The position numbers and the translations under genes are program-made. DNA of 62,644 bases, filler included, from Sphacelaria rigidula (lineage: Eukaryota): NCBI GenBank assembly GCA_964200075.2. It is 3 parts of 3 records of this genome, joined end to end, with 100 filler letters (N's around TTAATTAATTAA, not from the genome) between each part and the next. Parts side by side here need not be neighbours in the genome. Positions count along the whole stretch, not along the records: positions 1 to 20,849 come from CAXNAA020000488.1; positions 20,950 to 41,770 come from CAXNAA020000491.1; 1 more part is not named here. The stretch is one strand, 5' to 3'. How positions within the stretch are numbered: the first letter of the stretch is position 1; the number at the start of each line of letters is the position of its first letter. Below, piece by piece: positions 13,601 to 24,500 of this stretch. The notes below the pieces were generated by a model. It was not told where the DNA came from, ran no database searches, and saw only the letters and a list, made by a program, of their open reading frames with translations.

Positions 13601-16600
13601 CTGTCTTCGTAACGTTGTTTATATTATTTTCAGGCCAGCTGTAAAACAGCACACCACATAAAACCACAGATATGTGCTGCCAACTGGCAACAGCATACAG
13701 CTAGAAGTACCACTCTGGGCACGCATACGCATATGCTGCACTGCGCTGTATTGTATTGCACCATACTGTCTGCAGCAACACTAGAGCAGTTCGGCATCCC
13801 ACACACCATTGCATCCCCACAACCCCGGAGGAGCACGCCGGGTCCCCGCCTGACCAGGCTTGCAATCAATCACCGAGCGCGAGGGCCGTGATGTATTCGG
13901 CGAGTCGCATGAAGGGTGAGCTGCATCCTGCTAAGATTGTTCGGCCCGAAGCGTACGAAGTATCTTGCATATGGATGACAGCCTCGAATGAATTGTTTAA
14001 TTCTCTCGTATCTCCATTTTCAGAGGCAGCCATTAGTTACACACTGCCTCATGAGCGTATCACCCTTGAAACACCACGCACACCGTTTTTTGCACACCCA
14101 ACCTGCAATAGGGCACGCCATCAGTCGGCATTATTTAACTTTGATAAAATACTGTCGAGACAACATGGTCCACCTGGTAACGTTCAAGCAGTGAAACACA
14201 ACACAACGTGAACGATAGTCAGCACACCAGACAGAACATGACCGCTTTTCACAAACCAAACGCTGTGAGGAACCGGCAGAATGCGCAGGGTGGCCCGAGG
14301 ACCCGAAACAAAAACGCTCCAGGTGTTACAGAAACCGGTGGTCGCGATCCAAACACCGTAGAGCTACTCCGCCCCACTCAACCGCCATCGAAACTCCTCG
14401 ATAGCAATTTCCCCCGTAGCAAAAGAGAGCATAACCACCCGACCTACAACAACCTCGCGTCAAATGTCATGACATGAAGTGCCACACAACACAAGTGTGG
14501 AGTATGATGCATGGGAGGGGATGACACACACACATCGCTCAGTATGAAACACCGAAGCGACATGTCACGAACATTCGCGGATTACACGAAACGCACACAC
14601 TTGACAAGATGACACGCACAGCACAACACAATAACCAAACAACACAACACATCACCACGTACCTCGAGCAGGCCAAGATGCAACCCCCGCCAGCACACGA
14701 AGAACGCCTGCGTGGTGAAGCTTTTCAACTCCACCAAGGGAGTACCAGTCACCTCCGATAGAGTCCCACTGCTGCCGTCGCCCCCCTCTCTAGTCTTCCC
14801 CTCCTCCGCGACGTGTGATCCCTGCGTCCCTTCTCCGGCGGCCGCGGTCGCCGCTGCTTGCCTGGTGATCAGCATGGTTGTGTCCTCGGGGTATATGGCA
14901 CCAAGGGCTGCCTTACTCGAGAGGAACGACGGCGCATCGATCTATCCAGAGGCAGGAGGATATGGAGACGACGGGGAGGGCGGGGGATCCACCACATGCC
15001 TATTAATTCGTCGAAATTTTGTTTATTTGGAGGTCGGCATCGACAAGATATAATTCATATGTCGAGTGGGCTGACTGGAAGGGGGGAGGCAGGGGATAAA
15101 CTTGATTGCACATGATCGACGAAATGGATATGGGAAAACGCACAGCAGAAAAAAATGGCGGGATGAGGACTTGTGAGCGACTGACTCTGAGGGAAGCAAA
15201 ACCCAATTTGCATGGAGCAAGTGTATTTGCACAGAGACACGAACCGCGGCACATTTCTTCCCCTTTTGGTGAATTTATAAAACGGAATGGCTAACAGTGA
15301 CCAAACGTGGCCCGCATACGGCTTTATTCGACAGGTGGACCAGCACCATCACCCTTGGCACGAGGGCGCGGCAAAATTTGTATAGCAATAGCAATAAGTC
15401 TACAGTATATACCACGGTTTATGCAGGACATGGAAACTCTACTGTTAGTGCTCTCTTGTTGCGCGGTGCACTGTCCTCGACTGCATTGCGACGCACCGTT
15501 CGCTAATCCACCTGTGCAGCATGAGGTCTGCCGGTTGTCCGTACAGCTTCAGTTTGTCGTACCCTAATAGGATCTCATAGGCATACTTTCCCTCGTAACG
15601 GCTAATCAACCAACTTGATTTTTGTTGCACACATTTTTTTCAGCAAAACCCTAGTCGTACCTGCACAGCTGCGCGGCACATGATACTCCAAACTGTACGC
15701 TTTTTAGCCACGACTACATGCTACGCGCGAGGTGCGCCACTCGTGTACAGTAGTGCTGTTGCCACGACACCCTCGGGGTCGACGGTTCTGCTCTAGAAAG
15801 GAACTTGTATCCCGATCCGCTTCGAACTATTGTTGGGTGCACGCTGAAGGTGGCGCGGTCAAGTGCTTGTAATATCCGGATGTAACACGTCAGCGAAACC
15901 TCAAGGGAAGATGCGGTGAACAGGCTGTGGAGGGTGACTGCGCTGTATCTCAATGCATGCCTGCTCTACTTAGCGGAAAACTTCGGTCTCACGTCCATCT
16001 CCACCTGAGTGCGGCTTTTCATTTTCGTATTACTTCGGTCGTGTGAGTCGTGCTCCAATATCTCCTTTTTCTCTATGGATCCGCGTACACGCACACGTAT
16101 CTTTGCAAATACCAAAAGTAGAGATAACACATGCCTCCAAATGGGTATTCGCGTCGGCGTATACCACACTACCCACGACACGCCATTGTCTTTGCCCTGC
16201 TGTAAACTGTACGGATTGATTGTGGTTGATACCTTCGAGAACTTGGCTTCGTCCCGGACGATCGGCATGGCCAGGTGCAGCAGCGCCGTGCTAACGTTCA
16301 TCAGGAACTCCTGAGACGCGGTCTTGTGAGGATCGCGATATAACGCCTCGGCAGAGTCGTTGACGAGGAGGGTGTCGGCAAACCATGCCATCACCGCCTT
16401 GCGAGCCTGTTGCGACAGAGTTCCATGGAGGAGACGAGAAGTATCAGCAGCCGAGAGGGACAAGGGTGATATTCACCGTCAGCGCTCATCCATCGTACGA
16501 CACCGCACAATACAGTAAAGACTGCACGGCACCATCAAGTCGAAATCTACCCTGGACGCCGTACGATACATAGATCAAGTAAATGTCGCTGGCAACAGTC

Positions 16601-18597
16601 GCTTTCCTTGGTTAGCCGTCTCGCATATCTTGGTCCATCATAGCCATGTACTCACCTAAGACGGATTGATCTTTTCCCGCTGCAAACACACACAGTTCAT
16701 TCAATGACACTCAACACGGTTTGGTATAGCAGAAGTGTTCACAGTACACACAGCAAGTAGATCATGGCAAGGAAATGGTACCCACCCATCCATGCACACT
16801 AAGAACGGGGCAACGGGCAACGATCTTCATAGGGGGAACATTACAGCCATACACGTGGGACGCGAGGCACACACAGCATTCAGATCATCAGACCATACAC
16901 ACCTCGGCAGAGCCCTTGACAAGGATCATCATGATGCCGCAGGCAACAGAGTGGGTCATCTTGGCGCGATCATTCAACACGCGCACCCGGTTGTTCACCT
17001 CCAGCTGACCCCTCCGATACACACCGTTGAAACTCTGGGATACCTGAGCGTCGCTTGGCGGGTAACCTATCACAGTCCGGCCGTGTGCATTTGGAAGGGA
17101 GCCGTCGGGAGATTAATGAGTAATGGTTTGGAAAATGAAAAGTGAATGGCAATGAATACCAGTGCCCCCCAGCCGTGTGAGGGGTAACTCTGTTTTATGT
17201 CACAACACACTAAATGATAACAGGACTCCTGGCAGTGTCAAGAAAACTTTGTGAGTATGAAGTAGATGGACGATCGGTACGGGAATATCATTTCTCCCTT
17301 AGTCGGTTCTAAATATACCAACCGGAAAACCACGAAACAGTAACTCGGCGTGTAAAGTAAACCATGAGAGTGTCGAAACGCAACCGTGCGCGAAACTGCC
17401 GTCTGTGCTTGGTGACAAAAACGGTTTGTTTTGCGTCGAGGAAGTGGCAAATCCCATGCCGCAAACCCGCGTCATTCCCGTGCTCAAGCTTCGCCGAGCT
17501 GATACTTGCTTTTTCCGTGCTTCCAAACCCACGCTCCGTCCCGGTTAAAAGGCTCACCGATCCGCATGACTTGCCCCAGGATGGTAGCGTTTGCCGCCAT
17601 AGCTCCGGACCGGGGATTAATGGTCAGAGGCTGTTGTCTGTTTTCCATCATCATCTGAAATAACGCGGGTCCTGAGGCTCGTGGCGCCGGGATGGGGGCG
17701 GCTGCAGCGACAAAATAGACACGCGACGAGCGGGCAGCCAGGCGGAACGGTTGAAAGGGAAGAGCGTGTATCGGTGTCAGCCCAACTACGCCGCAGAACA
17801 TGAGGAGGATTGTGATACGCCGTGGCTATACGCTACATCTCAGAGTTAATTTTTCAAGTACAGTACCACAGATGGACTCCGCGGGGTGTCGTGTTACAGT
17901 ACAGTATCGTTCACCAACTACGGTAGCCCTCCCACAACCCTCGCAACTAAGCAACAACCGACATCCGTCCTACTCCCATCTTCAGCACCGGTACATCCCA
18001 CACCACTAATGCTATTCTGTGTGTACTGTGTATGGTTTGCCTCGCCTTCTGGGGTGCCCGGCTTTGGCAAAGCGAACTGTGGCAGCTTGACCACGACGTT
18101 GCACGCAGCCTTCGACGACTGGATGAGTTTGGTTATGGCCATACACGGTCCCATCCACGGGTCCGAACCGGATCGGCATGCCTGGAGTATGATAGTGATA
18201 GGTCGAAAAGCGGGAATTCGCGCAAGTGTATCAGAAAAGGGGCATGCATGCCAACAAACGGTCAGACGAAAGATCGAGGGCGACAACCGTATGAGAGGCC
18301 TATGGCAGCACTGTTCCTCAAAGGAAGTAACGGAATGGATACCCTCAGAATAACGCCATGAATAAACCCAATCTCTGAGCCAGCCCTCTTCAATAGGACA
18401 CTGCAAACAATGTGCTCTTCAACAAAAACCTCCATGCACTACTGTACACACATGGTCATACGAAGAGCAAAAGTGCACAAGTATCCAATCCAAACGGATT
18501 ACCTTGAGCTTGGGCATGATCTTGGACATGAGCGCTGCCAAGACGTTTTCTAGTCCCCCCTGCGCATCGAGCTCCGCCAGAAGCGGAGTCAGAAATC
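520..18597 (-). CDS. UFD2: Ubiquitin conjugation factor E4 (UFD2/UBE4A-B family), partial multi-exon gene; Ufd2P core region
   Basis: 15 phase-compatible exons (2320 nt): 18503-18597, 18046-18181, 17558-17701, 16903-17066, 16233-16406, 14663-14941, 9993-10142, 9628-9771, 8613-8735, 8094-8214, 7493-7604, 6710-6784, 5334-5528, 1124-1289, 520-761. UFD2 motifs: IPEHLMNDI, SPHLRA, LYGDVEHTGFYDKLRHR..LKYLW, FVRFANGLMNE, LLPRLAEML, KVDNPESYNFRPK. N-terminal exons and the U-box exon are not seen in the window. Confidence 0.93.
1124..1289 (-). CDS. UFD2: UFD2 exon (LQETERGLKSNLSLCNETL...LLPRLAEMLLCVLKQL)
   Basis: ttcccag|G ... TTG|gtgagt. Confidence 0.92.
1410..5033. mobile_element. Non-autonomous Tc1/mariner-type DNA transposon in a UFD2 intron
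   Basis: TA|CAGTAGTGGGCAGTCTAAC (1410-1428) and GTTAGACCGCCCACTACTG|TA (5015-5033): 19-bp TIR with 1 mismatch, TA TSD. Confidence 0.8.
1518..4585. mobile_element. Nested TIR element (CACACCCTGGACAATA termini, 8-bp TSD), superfamily unresolved
   Basis: Perfect 16-bp TIR at 1518-1533 / 4570-4585; TSD caataaat at 1510-1517 and 4586-4593; subterminal CAATATATATTG motifs and (TA)n; degraded Cys-rich coding remnant at 2600-3750. Confidence 0.85.
5334..5528 (-). CDS. UFD2: UFD2 exon (STFRRISQDVNKFVRFANGLMNESN...)
   Basis: gccag|G ... AG|gtctgg; phase 2-2. Confidence 0.9.
6710..6784 (-). CDS. UFD2: UFD2 exon (FYDKLRHRFYIAAVLKYLWRSPEH)
   Basis: ccaccag|G ... AG|gtgact; not in the ORF-track frame; matches the FYxKFxxR..LKYLW motif. 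Confidence 0.9.
7493..7604 (-). CDS. UFD2: UFD2 exon (NHLGVEAHTGLLYTHPLAQEHLAPSLLLLYGDVEHT)
   Basis: gcgcag|GT ... GG|gtaaga. Confidence 0.9.
8094..8214 (-). CDS. UFD2: UFD2 exon (VVFFLAHPSLVKSPHLRASLGDVLY...)
   Basis: attcag|GTT ... G|gtaagc. Confidence 0.9.
8613..8735 (-). CDS. UFD2: UFD2 exon (NSPVWQIPEHLMNDILELILF...)
   Basis: pyrimidine tract + gatcag|AAC ... TTG|gtgagc; an alternative in-frame acceptor at 8801 is possible. Confidence 0.85.
9131..9597. mobile_element. Foldback MITE with ~200-bp inverted arms (possibly PIF/Harbinger-type)
   Basis: 9131-~9330 is the reverse complement of ~9398-9597 at high identity; ends read CTGA-GGCC...GGCC-TCAG. Confidence 0.8.
9628..9771 (-). CDS. 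UFD2: UFD2 exon (DSDVLYDTLLFMVRAGSWLTEFV...GLSE)
   Basis: tgtcag|GAT ... GAG|gtgggt; phase 0-0. Confidence 0.85.
9993..10142 (-). CDS. UFD2: UFD2 exon (VMGRHERLHQHL...KLAAEIVIL)
   Basis: ccacag|GTG ... TTG|gtgagt. Confidence 0.88.
10400..13400 (-). pseudogene. Degraded coding-like insert (probable transposon remnant) in a UFD2 intron
   Basis: Chain of stop/frameshift-broken minus-strand ORFs; 10788-11138 and 10506-10769 share a frame; also 11604-11792 and 12156-12952. No splice role in UFD2; family not recognised. Confidence 0.4.
14663..14941 (-). CDS. UFD2: UFD2 exon (IDAPSFLSSK...SFTTQAFFVCWRGLHLGLLE)
   Basis: ggatag|ATC ... GAG|gtacgt; FxTxxFF..LHLG motif. Confidence 0.88.
16233..16406 (-). 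CDS. UFD2: UFD2 exon (ARKAVMAWFADTLLVN...FLMNVSTALLHLAMPI...)
   Basis: caacag|GCT ... AAG|gtatca. Confidence 0.88.
16903..17066 (-). CDS. UFD2: UFD2 exon (YPPSDAQVSQSF...ILVKGSAE)
   Basis: tgatag|GT ... GAG|gtgtgt. Confidence 0.82.
17558..17701 (-). CDS. UFD2: UFD2 exon (APIPAPRASGPALFQ...ATILGQVMRI)
   Basis: ctgcag|CC ... G|gtgagc. Confidence 0.8.
18046..18181 (-). CDS. UFD2: UFD2 exon (ACRSGSDPWMGPCMAITKLIQ...LPKPGTPE)
   Basis: ctccag|GCA ... AAG|gcgagg (probable GC donor). Confidence 0.75.
18503..18597 (-). CDS. UFD2: UFD2 exon (FLTPLLAELDAQGGLENVLAALMSKIMPKLK)
   Basis: atccag|GA ... AAG|gtaatc; most 5' exon visible. Confidence 0.8.
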
Positions 18598-20099
18598 CTG
18601 GATAACGATGGTATGTCACGCGAGTGTCACTTATGATCTCAACTTTAGTTGTCGCAGCGGCTTGTATGGCGTTGTACTGCGATACTACCACACAAGTCAC
18701 ATCCACTAGCATAGCGCTTTTTGTTTCACGTCACACTTTCAACCGTTGCCCTTGCCGGAGACGAGTCCGCGATCTCAAGGGATCAAATCATCTCTCCTCA
18801 TTAGCGCAAATGGATTCCTAGGTAATATTAGCTTGCACCAAACCGATAGTCTCATATCGGCCATTGACTTGCCTGACATGGTATTTGCGGCTTGTCACAC
18901 CAAGCACTGACTCAGCAGTCTTGGCCTGCTGCACATTCATTTTCTCCAGAGAGCTGCTTCTTCGAATTTTGCAGTGTCACTAGTCCGTCGGCTCGATTCA
19001 CAACTCGGAAGAAATTGAGCCTAAAATACTCGGATGGAGTGCCAGTCGAATTTTCAAAAATCTACTTGCGCACATGGGGAGATTGTGTCTTAAGGGTCTT
19101 CAAATCCAGCATCACGTTTGGGGTTCTTCAAGCAATACAACTATGGCAAATCGATTTCCTTCTCCGCGAACACTCTTGTATATGTAGCATTTTCAGGAAA
19201 CAAGCCATCACATTCCTTTCCTAACGCCACATAGTCTGCACCAAAATATCTGAACGACGATATCCGGCGGTCCCTTACGGCGTCTCGGACTGTAGTACAA
19301 CACGATCGGTTCATTTCGGTCAGGGCGATTCACGCAAAACAGCAAAGTGCCACGTAATTTCATGATTTGCCACAAATAAAATAAATAAAACTGTCTACCT
19401 GGATCGGAAGCTGTCCAAAAACCACACTGCATTTCATTCGCAAATGATATCTGCCGAACTCTTCTCGCGCCTACGAGCGCACGCCCGAAATTTCCCAAGC
19501 GTGTGCTTCACAAAAAGCCAACCGAAATCACGCGGTGAAATCAAACCTGTCTGTACAGATGTATTCTGGTCCTCGCTGGTCAACATGTTCGCCAAAATAT
19601 CAGGAGAATCAGCTTGAGGCTCTTCGAAGATCCCCGGCTATATTACATGGACGTCAAGGGCACAGGGGGGGCACAAGGAAGGGGGGACGGATTCGGAGCG
19701 TTAGTGCAAAATAGAGTTTCGGTTTCATTGACAGCAAATGACAACCCTCAGCACAAGTGGGACCGCACAAAATTCGTCATGAATTCTTCGCCCGCCGCAC
19801 CTGGAAGCCTTTCCGAGACACGATACCATCTCGCCAAGAAAACATGAGGTGAAATAAACGGCGGTTCGGACGAATCAGAGATGATACGGGTTGACTCCTC
19901 ATGAACGTTGAGTGCGAATCATGTGCTCAAGAGTCATCCGGTATGAATCACGGATCGTGAAGTCGTACGTTCAAGGTCATACCACACGAACTGGTATTGT
20001 GAACACTCTCAACACTCAAGTAGTGTCACACGAATGAACTGTGCAAAATAAGTACGAATCACAGCTCTTGCACGAATCACTCGTGGAAAAAATCCCACG

Positions 20100-20430
20100 T
20101 TGATTCGTCCCGCACGAATCGTGGATAGTAAAAATTGTACGGTTGATTAATACCGTATAAATGGGAAGTAGGAAACATGCGCACGTGATTCATCTAGCAT
20201 GAATCACAGGCGGAAAATATGTGCATGCGATTCGTGCCGCATGATGAAACGTAAGGAACATTAATCTATGATTCGTGCTGCATGAGTGAAGGGGAAGTAA
20301 TATGTACGGTCGATTCATGCCGTATGAATGGAAGGTGGGAAACCTATATACCTGATTTATCTTGCATGAACCACAGGTGGGGAACATGTAGATGTGATTA
20401 ATGCTGCATGATTTATGTCTCATGAAGGGG
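20100..20430. repeat. Degenerate 42-bp tandem repeat, 8 units, with 4-unit higher-order structure
   Basis: GATT anchors at 20102, 20145, 20187, 20229, 20270, 20312, 20354, 20396. Confidence 0.8.
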
Positions 20431-20849
20431 AGATTTAGTACAACTGTTGTCTGTTGTCCGCTGTACAGATTGTACAACACCACGTACTATAGTACTGTGC
20501 TGTACTGAACTGTGCTGTACTGCATCATACTGTCTGCAGACTGCAGTGTGCGCCGCCGGAGAATTTTCAACACAAACGCGAACATGCAGGGACGACTGTT
20601 GCAGTAATGGTGCTGTCCGAAGCTTCCTCCCTATTGCTTTATATATTCAGGCCAACTTTACCACAGAAACAGAACAAAGCCACAGAAACATAACAAAGCC
20701 AAAGAAAGGCTGTCAATAGCTTGGCTCAGGCCAAATGTTACGGCAAACAGATTTTTGGCCCACGGATTGTTCACTTTTGGGACGTTTGGCCCATCTTTTG
20801 ACCCCCAAACAGGGAAAACCGCCAACACACGTCTCGGACACTTTGTATC

Positions 20850-20949
20850 NNNNNNNNNNNNNNNNNNNNNNNNNNNNNNNNNNNNNNNNNNNNTTAATTA
20901 ATTAANNNNNNNNNNNNNNNNNNNNNNNNNNNNNNNNNNNNNNNNNNNN
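20850..20949. other. Assembly gap/linker N44-TTAATTAATTAA-N44
   Basis: 100-nt N run with a six-frame-stop spacer at 20894-20905. Confidence 0.97.
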
Positions 20950-21167
20950 TCCATTTTGGGCAATCAGGCCGAAGAAATCGTGGATTTGGTGATTTGAACC
21001 CGTGATGGTTCGCCCTAACCGTGAAACAATATACATGCACGGTCCTGAAACGGAAGCTAAACAAAGCGCACGAACTCAGACGGAGGATTACGAGATACCG
21101 CCATGGCCGACACAGGGGTTCTACCGCCCCCACACGGGCTGAGAGTGAACCATAGCAATAACCGCAC

Positions 21168-21466
21168 CTCGCTAATCGACAAAGCCCACGTAGCACCAGC
21201 ATCGCCGTCGCCCGACTCGCCGAAGCTCCGCCCGCCCTCCCATCGCGGAATTCGCCAAACTTCCTCAAAGCCGCACGTAAGCACCGCTCGGCCTGCCGGG
21301 TCGTGGATGCTCTGAGCATGCCATCGAAGAGTACATTTCGCCAGCTCGACTGGGAGCACTCAAGGGTGGTGGTATTAGCGGGGTTTGGGTGGGGGAAGTT
21401 TGTGTAAAGTACCCCGTCCCACAGCCCTTCTTCGTTGGAGTTGATCAGCAAAAAATCTGCGATCGC
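21168..21466 (-). CDS. INTS1: INTS1-like exon (AIADFLLINSN...WRNVLFDGML...LRGLCRLA)
   Basis: caacag|GCG ... AG|gtgcgg; the gene continues towards the gap. Confidence 0.72.
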
Positions 21467-21553
21467 CTGTTGTTTGGGCGAGGGACAGTGGGGGCGAGAG
21501 CGGAATGGGGGGGGCAGGGAGGGGATGATATAAGAATACAAGCGGTTGGTTGG

Positions 21554-21592
<39 letters not shown>

Positions 21593-24500
21593 TCGCACTG
21601 TATCTGATCCCCCAACGATCCAGCCGCGAAACATTTAACCAACGCAATCCCTGCCTGACCCTGTACTACTGGTCATGACTTGCACCTGCTTGTCACGATG
21701 TAAAGCGGAGGCAAGGGCTGAAGCGGCGATCACACCGAGCGAAGCGCTAGAGGACGCAGAAGCAGCAGAGGAAGGCCGCGACGGCGACTTCTTTAACCGA
21801 GCCACACGTTTAGAGTCATCTTCGCTGCCGCCATCACTTCCACCACCACCAGATTTTCCGCCATCATCATCATCATTATCATCACCATCCTCATCGTCAT
21901 CGCCATCGTCATTGTGCTTTTCATCATCGTCACTGACTGACGAAGAGCGCTCACGCCGTTTCCGCTTCCTTGTTTTGCCCTTCTCTCCTTTGGCTGCAAC
22001 GGCCGACTCGTTGCCGCCGCCGTTTCCTCGCGATAACTGCTTCGGTGACACCGCGCTCGATTTGGTGGGTGTCGAGTGGCTGCTGTTGCTACTATTCCTG
22101 ACGTGGCGACGGTCTGTAGAGCCAGGGCCCTCGTTGTCCGTTTGCATAAGCACACGTAATAACACGCCCTGGATTTGACATGTAGGCCCCGACACGCGCA
22201 TGACACGACAGTAAGAAAATCCTCGAAGCATTTGTACTGATGCGCTCATCAGATGCCAAGCGTAAGTGGCTGTCGGGCGAGCGGTTGGTGGGTTGGCCAT
22301 GACATCAACTGTACAGTTTTTCGTTTCCAATTGGGTAAAATGTAGAGTACAACATGCCGTTGGTCAAGCTCACATATATTGCACGCACATACATCTGCCC
22401 TTCCCCTAACGAGAGGACAGCTTCAACTGCAGATGTACTCGAATACGCAACTCGTAACATCCCTCACCCCGTCTAGGCAGAGGGCGGGGGGCGCTGCAGG
22501 TGCCGGGCGTCGGCAAGGTGACGTGTCCCTACGACAACCCACGCTGACTGACATGAAACCGCTATTTTCTCGAGAGGTTTCGAGGAGGCGGCCATCCCGA
22601 GAGTATGTCCGAGATCGTACACCATAACATTATTAACGGCGGTATCCAGATGGAAGTCATTATTCACAGTAGTAACTCACTCACCCTTGCTTGCCAGAAC
22701 ACGTGGTCTATCTTTTGTGCTGCATCCGAAGCTTCCCCGCATTGAACCGCCAACGAGCTTTTAGCACCCTCCTCCTTCGCGTCCTCGTGTGCGTCCTTCG
22801 CATCTTGCCCGTCTGCGGTAAATACCCACGACCCGAAACGCACCGATGGGGGCGGGGTGAGCGCGCACACACCAAAAAGTACTCCTTGTGAATAAAAACA
22901 CCAGCGCGCTGGGGGTGCTGTGCCTACAATTTAGCAGTGCCAGTACAGTGCAACGCAACAAGCTCGACTGGGACCGTAACGGCCAGCCCCAACACCGGCA
23001 CGACGCAACATCGATCAACACTTGCACGGTTCAGACGAATCATCGCCGGTTCGAATCACCAAATCCACGACTTTTCAGGCGTGATTGCTCAAAAGACAGA
23101 AAAAAGTTAACCGCTGGTCGAGAAGGTCTCCCACGCAATTTTTGCGCCATTCCACGTGCCTGCGCTGCAACGCTAAAAACCAAAGCCTTGAGATTGATTG
23201 ACACGGTACGAATCAGTGACACTAAAATCAAGTGATTTGCAGACGAGTTATTTATTCGACAACACTTACATGCCGCAATTGAATGACAAGCCGCCAGAAC
23301 AATAACAACACAAGCGATGCTTCTCTCCACCACCCACCCAACTTGTTGTTTGTCCTGCTAAAATAGAACACAAACACCACACACAAAAAACATGGAAAAA
23401 CAAAAAACAAAAAACAAAAAAAAACACACACATAAGAATAAACGAAACACAAAACGAAGAGAAAAAAATAGTAGAAACGAGCTGTTCCGATCGCCGACCC
23501 ACTTTTCTTCGCTCCACCACACCCCTCAGCCGGAGGTCTAGCGACTGGCACCCAACCCAATCCTGATCCCGGTCGCTCTCCCCTTCTCTCCGCCTCCGCC
23601 GCCTCTATCTTCTCTCGTGGCGCGTACGCCCCCCCGTTTGCCGGGCGCGGCACAGACTGATTGAGGGTCAGAGGCACTCGCCCCTTGGATACATGTGAAG
23701 ATGTCACACTTCCCAGCAGGAAGACGTTCTCGCCCTGTGCCAATGTTTTGGTCCATTTCTCCCATCTCCAGCTGTGGAGGGGCAGGGGGGGAGGGAGGGA
23801 GGGCTTGCTCATGTCTCAATATCAGCACACACGACGATAATTTTCCAGACCTCATTTACCTCGCTTGGTCACCCTCCGAAGATTATTGGAATGAATCATG
23901 ATATTGAGAAACCTGAAGCCTTGGATATTCGCTTGGTATTAACTGTTTGAATAGTGAAAAGTGTACTGCGGCGTGGATGGAAGTCTATTTTTCTTCGCTG
24001 GGCGGTTGAACTGACCACCCTGTCCGCTCTGCACTCCGCGGGAGTACTCGGGAGTACACGCGAATTCACGGGTCCGTGTGAACCGCTGACATGTGGTACC
24101 CAGTATCGCCCTATGACCATCACCATTACCATGACTATACCTCCGAGGCCAAGACACACATTGTCCGCTTCAACTTGTAGAGCACAGTCACATGGTGTCC
24201 CATGGACCGAGGACCTCCATGACAGGGATGGAGTATCCTTGCAAGCATCATAGAGTAAAAGATATCAATGAAAAAACAGCTAGTCTCAAGTACGGTATTT
24301 CAGGAATGTTGCCAGTCATGGATTGCGAGATATTTTCAAGAATAAAAACCGACTTCTCGGAAAATAACATCAAAATCTACACACAAAATTTACATCAAAA
24401 TGAGAGCTCAGGTTGTGCGCGTTTGAGCCAACACACAATTTGACCACGGATACATGAAAAGACGGAGCCAAGGAGAGGGAAGACGAGGGAGACGAGGGGG

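Noticed and set aside
20894-20905. TTAATTAATTAA as a biological motif
   Set aside because: Centred in N-runs twice in identical format; an artificial six-frame-stop linker
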